This document shows positions 51,980 to 62,197 of a stretch of DNA of 64,000 nt, in pieces; within the stretch, counting starts at the first letter, position 1; every line of letters starts with the position of its first letter. The notes under the pieces were generated by a model. That model had not been told where the DNA came from. It was given only the letters and a program-made list of their open reading frames with translations, and searched no databases. The position numbers and the translations under genes were made by a program. This DNA comes from an uncultured delta proteobacterium. GTDB lineage: Bacteria > Myxococcota_A > Polyangia > Polyangiales > JAFGIB01. The stretch spans positions 672,001-736,000 of the forward strand of contig CAVZVA010000009.1 in the NCBI GenBank assembly GCA_963778655.1, read 5' to 3'.

Positions 51980-53044
51980 ATGAAGGCTCGAACGCTCGCG
52001 CTGTGTGGGTTGCTGATCTCGGGCTGCGGCGCAGGGCTCAGGCCCACCCTGATCGACGCCGCCTATCACAAGCCGAGCAACGTGGCGGTGTACTTCGCAG
52101 TCGACGACGACAGGGGCGAGCCGGTGGCCGATCTGCTCGCGAGCGACTTCAACATCTACGAGGACGGCAAGCTGGTGTCGCGCGACGAGAGCCGCCAGAC
52201 CATCGTCAATCCCGAAATCGCCGCGGTCCACTACACGCTGCTGCTGGTCGACATGAGCGCCAGCGTCACCGAGAGCGACCAGGTCGGCAAGATCGTGCAA
52301 GCCGCCGACGATTTCGTGGCGCGCGTCGAGCCATATCAGAAGGTCGCGGTCTACGCCTTCGACGGCTCGCCCGACCTATATGAGATCACCCCGTTCACGG
52401 AGTCGGAGCAGCGCACCGAACGCGGCCTCGCGAAGCTGTCGGCGTTCAGCACCCGCGATCCCTCGACCAACCTGCACGGCGCCGTGGTCGAGGCGCTCGG
52501 CAAGCTCAAGCAGGGCTTGAAGCACGCGCGTGTGCCGCTGCGCTTCGGCACGCTGGTCGTGTTCACCGACGGCACCGACCGGGCGGCGCGCGTGCCGCTG
52601 CAACAGATGCTCGACGCGATCGACGCCTCGGACGACTCGATCTTCGCGATCGGCGTGGGCAACGAGATCGACGATCCGACGCTCGCGCGCATCGGCAAGA
52701 GCGGCTACATCCGCGTCGACAACAGCGCGGCGCTGGCGGACGCCTTCAAGCAAATCGGCGACCGCATCGTGCGTTACACGCGCCGCTACTATCTGCTGAG
52801 CTACTGCAGCCCGGCTCGCGCCGGCAAGCACTCGGTGACGGTCGAGGCGAGGACCAAGCACGGCCGCGGCGAGGTCAGTTACGACTTTGACGCGTCCGGC
52901 TTCGCGCCGGGCTGCGACGCCAGCAAGCCGCCGCCCTTCGACGTGACCGGCCGCTCGCTGCGCTCGCGCCGCAAGCTGCTGCTGGCGGACCAGCCGGAGC
53001 AGCACACCAAGTCCGAGCCCGCGGGGCGTGCCGCGGGCAAGTGA
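51980..53044 (+). CDS. VWA-domain lipoprotein
   Basis: Lipobox ISGC; MIDAS DMSAS, STNLHGA, VVFTDG, FAIGVG; SD GGAGG. Confidence 0.87.
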   Translation: MKARTLALCGLLISGCGAGLRPTLIDAAYHKPSNVAVYFAVDDDRGEPVADLLASDFNIYEDGKLVSRDESRQTIVNPEIAAVHYTLLLVDMSASVTESDQVGKIVQAADDFVARVEPYQKVAVYAFDGSPDLYEITPFTESEQRTERGLAKLSAFSTRDPSTNLHGAVVEALGKLKQGLKHARVPLRFGTLVVFTDGTDRAARVPLQQMLDAIDASDDSIFAIGVGNEIDDPTLARIGKSGYIRVDNSAALADAFKQIGDRIVRYTRRYYLLSYCSPARAGKHSVTVEARTKHGRGEVSYDFDASGFAPGCDASKPPPFDVTGRSLRSRRKLLLADQPEQHTKSEPAGRAAGK

Positions 53045-53059
53045 CGTGCGCCCGCGAGC

Positions 53060-53263
53060 TCACTTCGCGGGCGGTACGCCCGCGTCCTGCGTGACGGCGG
53101 CGGGGGTCTTCCCGCTTTGCCCTTGATCGAGCGCGTGGCGCAGGGCCAGGAAGAGCGCCAGCGCGCACAGCAGCCCCAGCCCCAGCAGCGGCACCCAGCG
53201 CGGCGTGTCGCCGGCCTCGTCGACCACGTCGGGCAGCCGGGGTGGTTGCTTCGAGTCGGACAT
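53060..53263 (-). CDS. Small single-TM hypothetical protein
   Basis: 67 aa; DEAGDTPRWVPLLGLGLLCALALFLAL. Confidence 0.65.
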   Translation of the reverse strand: MSDSKQPPRLPDVVDEAGDTPRWVPLLGLGLLCALALFLALRHALDQGQSGKTPAAVTQDAGVPPAK

Positions 53264-53322
53264 GCGGCGGCAATGTCGCCGATTTGCGCGCGCCGAGCAA
53301 GGGCCGTGGCCGGCCGTCGCGC

Positions 53323-55875
53323 TCAGCGCCCGATTTCAGGTTCCTGACCCGAGAGCAGCAGGTCCAGGAAGTGCTCCACGTCCGGCCGCCCGTCCTGACC
53401 CGGATCGGTGGCGACGAAGTGCCCGTCGGTCGAGCCCTTGGGCGCGTACTGTTTGAGCCCGATCGTGCGCGCCGCACCGCCTACCAGCTCGTTGTCGACC
53501 AGCGGGGAGGGCGCGCTCGGTTGCTTGAGCATGCTGTCGAGCACCGGCTCGGCCACGGTGAGGCTGGCGGCGCTCGCATATGCACGCTGGGTCTGCACCG
53601 GCGAATAGGTGTCGTCCAGGCCGTAGGTCATGAACACGTGCTGCCCCTGCGGCACCGAGGCGGTGGGATCGCTGTGCACGTGGCGCGCGTAGTTCACTGG
53701 ATCGGCCCGATCCATCACCATCTGCAGGATCGACAGCGCGGGGTTGTAGGCGCCGCCGGCCAGGTTGTACTTGGAGTCAGGGTCGAGCAGGCCCAGCGGA
53801 AGCACGGAGGCGATGTCCACCGGGCTGGTCTTGGTCAGCAACGACGTCGTCAGGTGTCCACCGTTGCCCGAGAGCACCACGCCGGTCAGGTCGGGCTCGA
53901 AGGACATCATCACCGCGCTGTGGGTGGCGCCCTGTGAGTGCCCCATCAATGCGATGTGCGCGACGTCGAAGGGCACCGCGTGCGAGGTCGGCGACGCGGC
54001 GGCGCTGAGCCCACCCAGCTTGACCCAACGCACCACCGACATCAGATCGGCGGCGCCCTGCAGGACGTTGTCGCGCGCGGCGCGCGGGTTCAGGAAGTTG
54101 TAGAACAGATCTTCCGGGGCGTCGGTCGAGTCGCCGCGCCGGTCGCCGTGCTCGGGCATGTCGATCGCCACCAGCGCCGAAGGCACGCTGGCGGTGGCCG
54201 CGACCTCGGCGAAACCGCTCGCCGTCATCTCGTCGGCGAAGCTGCCTCCGGTGCCGTGCGCGAACACCAGCACCGGATAGCCCGCGGCGGGCGCGGCGGC
54301 CGCCGGCACCGACAGCGCGAAGCACACGTCGGCGTGGTCCTGCACCACCGGTGCGCCGCTGCTGTCGAGATCGAAGCCGCCGCCGTCCGAAGGCTCCTTG
54401 TAGGGCGCGGTGCCCTGCTGGAAGATCGGCAGCTTGATGCGGCCGTGGATCTCCACGAACTCGCTGGTCGGGTCGTGGCACTTGCCGCGCCCGCTCGCAT
54501 CCTCGCAGGGGGACTTGGTGTCCGCCGAATCGCACACCGTCAGCTCCGACACGCTCGGCTTCGCGTCGCTCTGGATCTTGTCGCGCAGCTTGGGCAGCAG
54601 CGCGTCCGTGTCCTGAGTGGTGAAGACGGTCGCGTTGAGGATGGTGTCCGCGTTCTGGCCGGTATCGTCGATCCACGCGCGCAGCGGCGCGTACGCATCA
54701 TAGGCCGCCTTCAGCTCCGCGTCGCCGCTGGGTGCGCTGCTGGCGAGCATGGCGTCGAAGTCCTGGCCGCGGGCGTAGCTGCCGCCGGCGCTGGGCACGA
54801 TGTCGTTGGTGATGATCGCGGCGTAGGTGGTGTGCGGGAGCAACGGGTCGCCGGCCGGGCGGTGCAGCGCGAGCCAGTGCGGGCAGATGTAGTGGCTGAG
54901 CGGGCCGGTCGTGGTCTTCCATTCGATGCTGCCCTTGGCGTCGTAGTCGGGTGAGCTGGGCGTGATGTCGACGATCCGCACCGAGCACGGGCCCGGGTCC
55001 TTACACTCGACGCTGCCGAAGTCGTACGGCTGCGAAAAGCGGAAGAACACCACCGGATTGGTCGAGAAGCCGTCGAGGTCCTGCTGGGCGACCTGCACGT
55101 AGCGCTCGACGTAGGGCAGGTTGAGGCTGGCGGGCGGGGTGGGAAAGCCGTTCAGGTCGGGGTGGCCGTCCTTGAGCCGTACGTCATTGGGAAACGGAAG
55201 CTTGAAGAACTCGCCGCCACTGGCACGCGGCACCTCGAAGAAGCTCTCGATCGGATCGGTCGCTTTGACCTCGGCGCACGACACGCCCTCCCAGAACGCG
55301 GGCAGCGCGGGCAGCTCGGTGTCGCTCGCGGGCGGATCGATGCAACGCTTGTCGCCGGCCTTGAGCTCCACGCAGCTCAGGCCCGCCAGGCAGTCGGAGA
55401 GCACGCTGCACTTCTCGCCCTGCTCCTTGTTGCCGCCGTTCTTGCACTCGCCGCTGGTCTGCGCGAGCGCCGACAGGCTGACGGTGCCGAGCTGTGACAG
55501 GTCGGGCGCCTCGCACACCAGGCCGTGTACGCAGCTTCCGGTATTCTGGCAGTTCTCATTTTGGCTGGCGACGCCGGCAGGCTTGCACAGGCGCTGGCTG
55601 CCGCAGTAGTCCTTGTCACCGCACTCCGCGGTCAAGCGGCAGGTCTTGCCGGTCGCGGTGTTGCCCTTGGCCTGGCAACTGCGCTTGACGCAGTACAGCC
55701 CCGCCTTGCACTCGGCGTCGCGAGTGCACGCGCCGTCCACGCCGGCGGCGTAGAGAGGGTCCGCCAGGCAGGTGCGATCGCTCTCCTTGCAGGTGGTCTT
55801 GAAGATCTTGCAACCGCAGAGCGACGCCGACAGGCCGACGGCCAGCAGCGGAGCCAACAGCGAAGAGAAGCGCAT
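53323..55875 (-). CDS. Lipoprotein with Cys-rich repeats and a C-terminal alpha/beta hydrolase (lipase-like)
   Basis: Lipobox LCGC; four C-x5-C-x5-C repeats; PFPND, DGFST, FAHGTGG, GHSQG nucleophile, DGHF. Confidence 0.85.
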   Translation of the reverse strand: MRFSSLLAPLLAVGLSASLCGCKIFKTTCKESDRTCLADPLYAAGVDGACTRDAECKAGLYCVKRSCQAKGNTATGKTCRLTAECGDKDYCGSQRLCKPAGVASQNENCQNTGSCVHGLVCEAPDLSQLGTVSLSALAQTSGECKNGGNKEQGEKCSVLSDCLAGLSCVELKAGDKRCIDPPASDTELPALPAFWEGVSCAEVKATDPIESFFEVPRASGGEFFKLPFPNDVRLKDGHPDLNGFPTPPASLNLPYVERYVQVAQQDLDGFSTNPVVFFRFSQPYDFGSVECKDPGPCSVRIVDITPSSPDYDAKGSIEWKTTTGPLSHYICPHWLALHRPAGDPLLPHTTYAAIITNDIVPSAGGSYARGQDFDAMLASSAPSGDAELKAAYDAYAPLRAWIDDTGQNADTILNATVFTTQDTDALLPKLRDKIQSDAKPSVSELTVCDSADTKSPCEDASGRGKCHDPTSEFVEIHGRIKLPIFQQGTAPYKEPSDGGGFDLDSSGAPVVQDHADVCFALSVPAAAAPAAGYPVLVFAHGTGGSFADEMTASGFAEVAATASVPSALVAIDMPEHGDRRGDSTDAPEDLFYNFLNPRAARDNVLQGAADLMSVVRWVKLGGLSAAASPTSHAVPFDVAHIALMGHSQGATHSAVMMSFEPDLTGVVLSGNGGHLTTSLLTKTSPVDIASVLPLGLLDPDSKYNLAGGAYNPALSILQMVMDRADPVNYARHVHSDPTASVPQGQHVFMTYGLDDTYSPVQTQRAYASAASLTVAEPVLDSMLKQPSAPSPLVDNELVGGAARTIGLKQYAPKGSTDGHFVATDPGQDGRPDVEHFLDLLLSGQEPEIGR

Positions 55876-55971
55876 CGGTTCCTCCAGACGGCGGGCGAGG
55901 GCCCGCGGGCCGCGCCGGCATCATATCCCGGGGTCGCCAGCGCTCCAAGGCGGAAGCGCGGCGCCGGCCGC

Positions 55972-57285
55972 TCAGAGCGCGGCTCGCCCGGTCTCGCGAC
56001 CGATCGAACGGGAATGGGGTGACGCGACGGCGCGAGGTCGCATCGATCGAGGCGCTGCTCGGCCCCTCCGCTCGTGTCCCGCGGCGTGCTTGCGGCCTGG
56101 CGCGCGCGCGTCCGCCCGCTCGCGCCCGCCGTCGCGGTGGTGCGTGCGCGCGTGCGCGCGTGCGGCCTCGCGCGCGTGCCGCGGCCGCGCCTGGGCCGGC
56201 GGCTTGGGCTTGTCGGGCGCGACGCGCGCCAGGTCGACCAGCGGGCCGGCCAGCGTCGCGTCCTTGCGCCCGACGAACAGCCGCTCCGGATCGCGCCAGC
56301 GTCCGTTGTCACGAAACTCGAAGTGCAGGTGCGGCCCCCACGCCATGCCGGTGTGGCCGACCAGCGCGATACGCTCGCCGCGCTTGACGTAGTAGCCGGG
56401 CTGCACGGTGACGCGTTGGGTGTGGGCATACAGCGAGGTCCAGCCGCCCGGGTGCAGGATGATGACGGCGTTGCCGAAGCCGTGCAGCGTGTTGTCGCTG
56501 TAGATCACCAGGCCATCTGCCACGGCGCGCACCACCGCGCCCTCGGGCGCGCCGATGTCGACTCCGTTGTGGCGTAGCTCGGGCCGCAGCTTGCGCGTGT
56601 AGCCGAAGCCGCGCCCGAACACGCCGCCGACCACCGGCCACAGCAGCGTCTTGGGCGCCTTGCCCGGCACGGCCGCCAGCAGCTCGGCGCTCGGCCGGTT
56701 CCACAGCAGCTCGCGCGTGGAGGCGTAGCCGCCGATGCCGAGCGCCTCGGCCCGGCGCAGCGAGGCGCCGCGGCGGCGCGGCACGGCGCGCGGCCCCGCG
56801 CTGAAGCGCGAGTAGTCGATGTGCGGGTGGTGAGCCGGCGCGGGCGCGGCCGCCGGGGTTGCTGCCTCCTGCCCGCGCTCCGCGATCGGCGGCGCGTTCG
56901 GTTCCGCAACTTCCGCGGCCGGGGCCGGCGGCGCAGCCTGCGCATCCGCTGCAGCTTGCGCCTCGCCCGCGCGCCGTGCATCCGCCGCAGCGCTTGCCTC
57001 GAGGCCAGCCTGTGCACCCGCTGCACCCGGCGGCTCCGGCTGTGCTTGCGCCTGCGGCTGCTCCGCGGCGGCCTCGACACCCTCGTCCTCGTCTCCGGCG
57101 CGCGCGGGCTCGCCGCGCGCCTGCTCGGGCGCGTCCTGCTCGGCGGCGGCGGGCTGCCCGCTCGGCGCGTGCCCACGAGCGGCAGCCGGTGCGGGCTCGC
57201 CCTCGGCGCGTTCGGCGCGCACCGGGCAAACCGCCACCGCGAGCAGCAGAAACGGGCCCCAGGGAAGCGCGCTGCGCGGGAGCAT
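55972..57285 (-). CDS. Secreted M23 family metallopeptidase
   Basis: Signal peptide, Ala/Glu/Pro linker; LLWPV, HNGVDI, SLYAH, GHTGMAWGPHLHFE. Confidence 0.9.
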   Translation of the reverse strand: MLPRSALPWGPFLLLAVAVCPVRAERAEGEPAPAAARGHAPSGQPAAAEQDAPEQARGEPARAGDEDEGVEAAAEQPQAQAQPEPPGAAGAQAGLEASAAADARRAGEAQAAADAQAAPPAPAAEVAEPNAPPIAERGQEAATPAAAPAPAHHPHIDYSRFSAGPRAVPRRRGASLRRAEALGIGGYASTRELLWNRPSAELLAAVPGKAPKTLLWPVVGGVFGRGFGYTRKLRPELRHNGVDIGAPEGAVVRAVADGLVIYSDNTLHGFGNAVIILHPGGWTSLYAHTQRVTVQPGYYVKRGERIALVGHTGMAWGPHLHFEFRDNGRWRDPERLFVGRKDATLAGPLVDLARVAPDKPKPPAQARPRHAREAARAHARTHHRDGGRERADARAPGRKHAAGHERRGRAAPRSMRPRAVASPHSRSIGRETGRAAL

Positions 57286-57360
57286 GCCCCACAATCACAC
57301 GGGCGCCACGCGGGTCAACTTTCCGGCCGCGCAGCGGGGGACGAGTGCGGCGTTTCCGCG

Positions 57361-57389
57361 TTGACGCTGCCTCGGGCATTCTTCACAGT
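57361..57389 (+). promoter_or_regulatory. Putative promoter TTGACG-17-CACAGT, 7 nt before an in-frame GTG
   Basis: Seen directly. Confidence 0.55.
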
Positions 57390-57396
57390 GATTGCC

Positions 57397-58329
57397 GTGA
57401 GTGAACGGCGCTTCGTACCGTCGACGGCGTTGAGCACGGTCCGCGGCATGGCGCCGGACACGGCGTTGCGAGCCGTGTTCAAACGCCTGACCGACGGCGC
57501 GGTCGCGCTCGGCAGCCGGCTCACCGGCCAGGACATCGACGAGCGCATCGCCCAGGCGCTCACGCTCTCGAAGAACGAGATCGGCGTCGATCCCTTCGGC
57601 GCCGACGTCGACACCGTGCGCGCGTCCGCCTCTTTGCTGGTCTATCTGTACCGCTTCTGGTTTCGCGCCGAGGTGCACGGCATCGACAACGTGCCCGAGG
57701 GCCGCGTCTTGCTGGTCTCCAACCACAGCGGACAGATCCCGCTCGACGGCGTGATGATCGCCTGCGCGCTGATCCTCGACGCCAAGCGCCCGCGCTTCGT
57801 GCGCAGCATGATCGAGCGCTTCATCAGCACGCTGCCCTTCTTCTCGATCTGGTTTCCGCGCGTCGGACAGGTGCTGGGCACGCCCGACAACGCGCGCCGC
57901 CTGCTCGAGTCGGAAGAAGCGCTGCTGGTGTTTCCCGAGGGCGTCAAGGGCATCAGCAAGACGTTTGCCGACCGCTACAAGCTGGCGCCGTTCGGACAGG
58001 GTTTCATGCGGCTCGCGCTCGAAAGCGACACCCCGATCGTGCCGGTCGCCGTGATCGGCGCCGAGGAGCAGTACCCGTCCGTCGCCGAAATCCGCAAGCT
58101 CGCCCGGCTGTTGGGCACGCCCTCGGTGCCGATCATCCCCCAGCTGTTCATGGGCATGCTGCTGCCGCTGCCCACCAAGTATCGGCTCTACTTCGGCGAG
58201 CCGCTGCGCTTCTCGGGCGATCCCGACGACGAGGATGCGGCGATCGACGCGAAGGTGTGGGTGGTCCAGGCCACGGTGCAGAGCATGGTCAACCGCGCGC
58301 TGCGCGAGCGCAAAGCGATCTTCTGGTAA
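57397..58329 (+). CDS. Lysophospholipid acyltransferase family protein (alternative start 57448)
   Basis: VDPFG, LLVSNHSGQIPLDG, VFPEG, GFMRLAL..TPIVPVAVIGAEE. Confidence 0.9.
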   Translation: MSERRFVPSTALSTVRGMAPDTALRAVFKRLTDGAVALGSRLTGQDIDERIAQALTLSKNEIGVDPFGADVDTVRASASLLVYLYRFWFRAEVHGIDNVPEGRVLLVSNHSGQIPLDGVMIACALILDAKRPRFVRSMIERFISTLPFFSIWFPRVGQVLGTPDNARRLLESEEALLVFPEGVKGISKTFADRYKLAPFGQGFMRLALESDTPIVPVAVIGAEEQYPSVAEIRKLARLLGTPSVPIIPQLFMGMLLPLPTKYRLYFGEPLRFSGDPDDEDAAIDAKVWVVQATVQSMVNRALRERKAIFW

Positions 58330-58332
58330 CCG

Positions 58333-59310
58333 ATGACGCGCGCCACCAACGCCGCCGTCTTGGCGCTGAGCCTGGCCGCCAGCGCGTGCCAGGGCAGGGG
58401 CACGCGCGACACCCCGACCGCGGGCGGGCCCGCGCTGGCCTCGCTCGACGGCAGCCGCTTCGTCTGGGTCGACACCGAGTGCAGCGACGGTCCGATCCCG
58501 CTCGGCAGCGTGGGCTTCGAGCGCGAGCTGCGCCTCGCGCTCGAGCACGGCGAGCTGCTGATGACCTTCGATACCGAGCTGCAGGTGCAGGGCTGCGCCA
58601 GCACCCAGGTGTTCGCGGTCAAGCCCGCGCCCAAGGCCGAGCTCTGGCGCTTCGAGCCGCAGGCGCTGGTCACGCTGCCTGCGGATCAAGCGTGCGGCCC
58701 GAGCGAGCATCAGTCGAGCGAGGGCACCCTGCGCCTGTTCGGCGACCAGCTCGAGGTGGTGATGCGGCGCTCGCCCTTCTGCCGCGGCCTGGACGCGCGC
58801 TTCGTGTATCGACGCGCAGAGTGGAAGCGCCTGGACAATCGCCAGCTCGTGCGCCACTACATCGCGGCCTTCGACCGCGCCGACGCCGACGCGGTGGCGG
58901 CGCTGTTCGTCGACAGTGGATCGCTGGTCGAGCCGTTCACCCGCACCGACGACGGCAACTACAAGCGCCACGACGGCCGCGCCCAGGTGCGCGCGTGGTA
59001 CGCGTCCGCGTTCGCGAGCACGCCCTGGCTCGCGATGCGCCTGACCTCGCTCGAGCCCGGCCCGGCCCAGGGCCAGCTGATCGCCGCCTGGGACTATATG
59101 GATGCGGGGTTGGCGGCGCCGCTGCGCGGGCGCAATCTATTCGTGGTCGCCGGCGGCGAGATCTACGAGACCGAGGTGCAATTGATAGACGACCCCAAGC
59201 CCAAGCCCAAGCCAGAAAGCCCGGCGCAGGCCGAGGCCCTGGCGCCCGCTCCTGCTTCGGCGCCCGCTCCGGCTTCGGCTCCCGCCTCGGCGCCGGAGGC
59301 GAAGCGATGA
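58333..59310 (+). CDS. Lipoprotein with C-terminal SnoaL/NTF2-like domain
   Basis: Lipobox ASAC; VRHYIAAFDRADADAVAALF...GRAQVRAWY. Confidence 0.75.
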   Translation: MTRATNAAVLALSLAASACQGRGTRDTPTAGGPALASLDGSRFVWVDTECSDGPIPLGSVGFERELRLALEHGELLMTFDTELQVQGCASTQVFAVKPAPKAELWRFEPQALVTLPADQACGPSEHQSSEGTLRLFGDQLEVVMRRSPFCRGLDARFVYRRAEWKRLDNRQLVRHYIAAFDRADADAVAALFVDSGSLVEPFTRTDDGNYKRHDGRAQVRAWYASAFASTPWLAMRLTSLEPGPAQGQLIAAWDYMDAGLAAPLRGRNLFVVAGGEIYETEVQLIDDPKPKPKPESPAQAEALAPAPASAPAPASAPASAPEAKR

Positions 59311-60392
59311 GCGAGCAGGTTGCGCCGCAAGCCCGGCGCCGGCGCGCTCGCCCCGCGGCCCGCGCGCACACGCCAGCGCCCGCGGAGCCGCGGCCGCCCG
59401 CGCAGCCAGCGGCGCAGGCGCCCGAGCGCCGCCCGCGCGCCACGCCGCGGCCGATGCCCGCGGTTGGTGCCGAGGGTGCGGTGGTGATCACCGGGATCGT
59501 GGGGCGCATGGGCCAGTTGCTCGCGCGCAAGCTCCACCGCGCCGGCAGGGTCGTGGGCATCGATCGGCGCCCCTTCGACAACCGGCCAGAGGACATCGTC
59601 CACCACCAGCTCGACCTGCGGCGGCGCAAGACGCGCGACATCTTCCGCGCCGGCGGGATCCGCGCGGTGGTTCACCTGGGCGTGATGCACAACCTGCGCG
59701 AGAACGACCGCATTCACCACGAGTGGAATGTGGTCGGCTTCCAGAAGCTGCTCGAGTACATGGCCCAGTACCGCGTGCCCAAGCTGGTGGTGCTCTCGTC
59801 GGCCTCGCTCTACGGCCCCAGCCCGGACAATCCGCAGTTCCTCACCGAGGAAGCACCGCTGCTGGGTGCGCAGGAGTTCTCGCGCATCCGCGACCTGGTC
59901 GAGGTCGACATGCTGGCGCAGAGCTTCTTCTGGAAGGAGCCCGAGCTCGAGACCGTGATCCTGCGTCCCTGCCACATCCTCGGACGCGTGCGCAACGCGC
60001 CCAGCAACTACTGCAGAATGGAACGGCCGGTCACCGTGCTCGGCTTCGATCCGATGATGCAGGTGATCCACGAACGCGATGTGGTGGAGGCGATCGCGCT
60101 GGCGCTGCGGCCGGGCGTACGCGGCATCTTCAACCTGCGCGGTCCCGGCGAGCTGGCGTTGTCGCGCATGCTGCGCCTGGTGGGCAAGCGCCCGCGGGCG
60201 CTGCCCGGGCCGCTGGTCAAAGGCGTGATCTCCAGCTTGTGGTCCTCGCGTGCGGCGAGCTTCCCCACGCCGGAGCTCGACCACCTGCGCTACGTGTGCA
60301 TGGTCGACGACTCGCGCGCCCGCGCGCAGCTCGGCTTCGCGCCGCGCTACGACCTGCAGGCAACCTTGCGCGCGGCGTTCGCGGAGCGCTGA
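59307..60392 (+). CDS. NAD-dependent epimerase/dehydratase (extended SDR)
   Basis: VITGIVGRMG, VVHLG, NVVG, LSSASLYG, QVIHERDV; ATGA overlap. Confidence 0.88.
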   Translation: MSEQVAPQARRRRARPAARAHTPAPAEPRPPAQPAAQAPERRPRATPRPMPAVGAEGAVVITGIVGRMGQLLARKLHRAGRVVGIDRRPFDNRPEDIVHHQLDLRRRKTRDIFRAGGIRAVVHLGVMHNLRENDRIHHEWNVVGFQKLLEYMAQYRVPKLVVLSSASLYGPSPDNPQFLTEEAPLLGAQEFSRIRDLVEVDMLAQSFFWKEPELETVILRPCHILGRVRNAPSNYCRMERPVTVLGFDPMMQVIHERDVVEAIALALRPGVRGIFNLRGPGELALSRMLRLVGKRPRALPGPLVKGVISSLWSSRAASFPTPELDHLRYVCMVDDSRARAQLGFAPRYDLQATLRAAFAER

Positions 60393-60407
60393 GCGCGTAG
60401 GTCTCTC

Positions 60408-60530
60408 GGATCACAGGAAGACGGGAAGCGTTGCTTTCTCGGGCAAGACGGCGCAGGCAGTGCATGGTGCTGCGGCCGTTGCGGGCGCTCCATGGACAAA
60501 GCCGATCCTTGCCGCCTTCCTGTTTCCTGG
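60408..60530. repeat. Family A palindromic repeat between convergent genes
   Basis: GGATCACAGGAAGACGGGAAG...CCGCCTTCCTGTTTCCTG. Confidence 0.65.
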
Positions 60531-60539
60531 TCCGCGGCC

Positions 60540-61052
60540 TCAGTCCCGCGCCTGCTTCGGCGGGGCGTCGAGCGCGGCGCGCAGCGCGGCCAGCGCTGCC
60601 TCATTCAGGGCGCCGCCTGCATAGGTGACGTGCCCGCTGCGGTCGAGCACCAGCGTGGCCGGCACGCGCCGCTGGCCTAGCGCATCGGCCAGGCGGAACT
60701 GCTCGTCCACCAGCTGCGGGTAGCGCAGGTCGTGCGCGCTCACGAACTCGGCGACCTTGGCCCGCGGCTCCCCGACCGCGATCGCCACCACCACCGCGCC
60801 GCGCGGCGCGGCGCGCTCGTGCAGGCGCGAGAGCGCGGCGAGCTCTTCGGAGCAGGCCTCGCACCAGGGCGCCCACAGTGCCAGCAGCGCGACCTTGCCC
60901 GAGGTCAGCGCCTGCACCACGGTGGGCCGGCCGTCCAGCGTCGCCACCTCGACCGCGGGCACAGCGCCCGGCAACGGCGCCGCGGGCGCGCGCTGCGCCG
61001 AGCCCGCGCAGGCGCACAGCATCACGCTCAGAAGCCAAAACCAACGCCGCAT
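60540..61052 (-). CDS. TlpA-like thiol-disulfide oxidoreductase lipoprotein
   Basis: WAPWCEAC, VPATLVLDRSG; lipobox LCAC. Confidence 0.9.
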   Translation of the reverse strand: MRRWFWLLSVMLCACAGSAQRAPAAPLPGAVPAVEVATLDGRPTVVQALTSGKVALLALWAPWCEACSEELAALSRLHERAAPRGAVVVAIAVGEPRAKVAEFVSAHDLRYPQLVDEQFRLADALGQRRVPATLVLDRSGHVTYAGGALNEAALAALRAALDAPPKQARD

Positions 61053-62197
61053 GTGTAGATGTTAACACGCAGATCGTTGCTCCTGAAGTAGCGCGCGTAG
61101 CCGAGATCGAGGTGCAAGTCGCGCACCCCGCCCGAAAGCGGCAGATCCAGGCTGGCGGCCCCGCCCACGGTCTGTGCCGTCAGTTGCGCCAGATCGCTGT
61201 CGTCGCTGCGCAGTCCCGGAGGCTTGCTGGCGGGCGCGAGCGTGGTCCAGAAATAGGGAGCGTTCTGCACGTGAATACGGTAGTCGAAGCGCAGGTAGAG
61301 CGCCCGCCCCAGCCGCTGATACAGCGCGTACTCGAGCGTGTGCGCGAGCACGTGCCAGCTGTCGGCGTAGAAGCGATAGGAGACGTGCAGGGCGCCCTCC
61401 CAGGGCAGGGCCTGGGCGATCCGCGCCACCAGCGCGTGGCGCAGGCGCGAGCGCGGCAGATACTCGCGCCCGAGCTTGCCGTTCTGCAGCGCGACCGCGT
61501 TCCAGGTGTTCGACAGCTCGCCCTTCTGCAGCGTCCCGCCGTAGCTCAGATTGCCGACCGTGGTCGGCGACAGCAGCTGGGTCAGCTCCAGGTTGGCGTT
61601 GGTGGTGGAGCGGTAGTCGCGTCCCATGCGCGTGCCGTAGACGTTGAAGCGGTCGAGCTCGTCGAGCAGCTGGTGAACGCTGGCGGCGACTACCGCATTG
61701 TCATCCGCGAACGAGTGGCTGGCGCCGGCACCGAGCTGCGAGGATCGGTAGGGCTCCTCGTCGTGGAACGCGACGTGCACCATGCCCTGGTCGTGGGCGC
61801 CGTGGTACGTGCTGGTGAGGTCGATGCTGGCCGCCTCGTTGACGCGCGAGGCGCTCGACATCACGTCGAGCGCGTCGGCCGAAGCCGAGGTCACCACGTC
61901 GACCGGCACGAACAGCCGGTGGCTGAGCCGGCCCTGCGTCGCGACCAGCTCGAGCTGCGGCTGCTCGACCCGCAGCGCCTCCGAGCCGAGCGCGCGCGCG
62001 CCGTGGCGATCGGCCTGCGACTGGTAGCCGCGGCCCTGTTGCTCGAAGTGGCTGAAACGCAGGCGCAGCGACTGCACGTGCAACCCGGGCCGGGGACCGA
62101 GGATGCGCTCGTTCGTGAGGTCGGCGTCGTCGGCCGCCACGACCAGCGGCAACCACAGCAGGACGGCCGCCAGCAGCAGGCGCCGCAAGCGCCTCAC
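61028..62197 (-). CDS. DUF3570-like outer-membrane beta-barrel protein
   Basis: VDVVTSAS..DVMSSAS, TQLLSP, REYLPRSRLRH, YRFYADSW...HT; terminal Phe; GTGA overlap. Confidence 0.8.
   Translation of the reverse strand: MRRLRRLLLAAVLLWLPLVVAADDADLTNERILGPRPGLHVQSLRLRFSHFEQQGRGYQSQADRHGARALGSEALRVEQPQLELVATQGRLSHRLFVPVDVVTSASADALDVMSSASRVNEAASIDLTSTYHGAHDQGMVHVAFHDEEPYRSSQLGAGASHSFADDNAVVAASVHQLLDELDRFNVYGTRMGRDYRSTTNANLELTQLLSPTTVGNLSYGGTLQKGELSNTWNAVALQNGKLGREYLPRSRLRHALVARIAQALPWEGALHVSYRFYADSWHVLAHTLEYALYQRLGRALYLRFDYRIHVQNAPYFWTTLAPASKPPGLRSDDSDLAQLTAQTVGGAASLDLPLSGGVRDLHLDLGYARYFRSNDLRVNIYTCGVGFGF

Noticed and set aside
59190..59300. CCCAAG and APAPAS-coding repeats
   Set aside because: An ordinary low-complexity protein tail.
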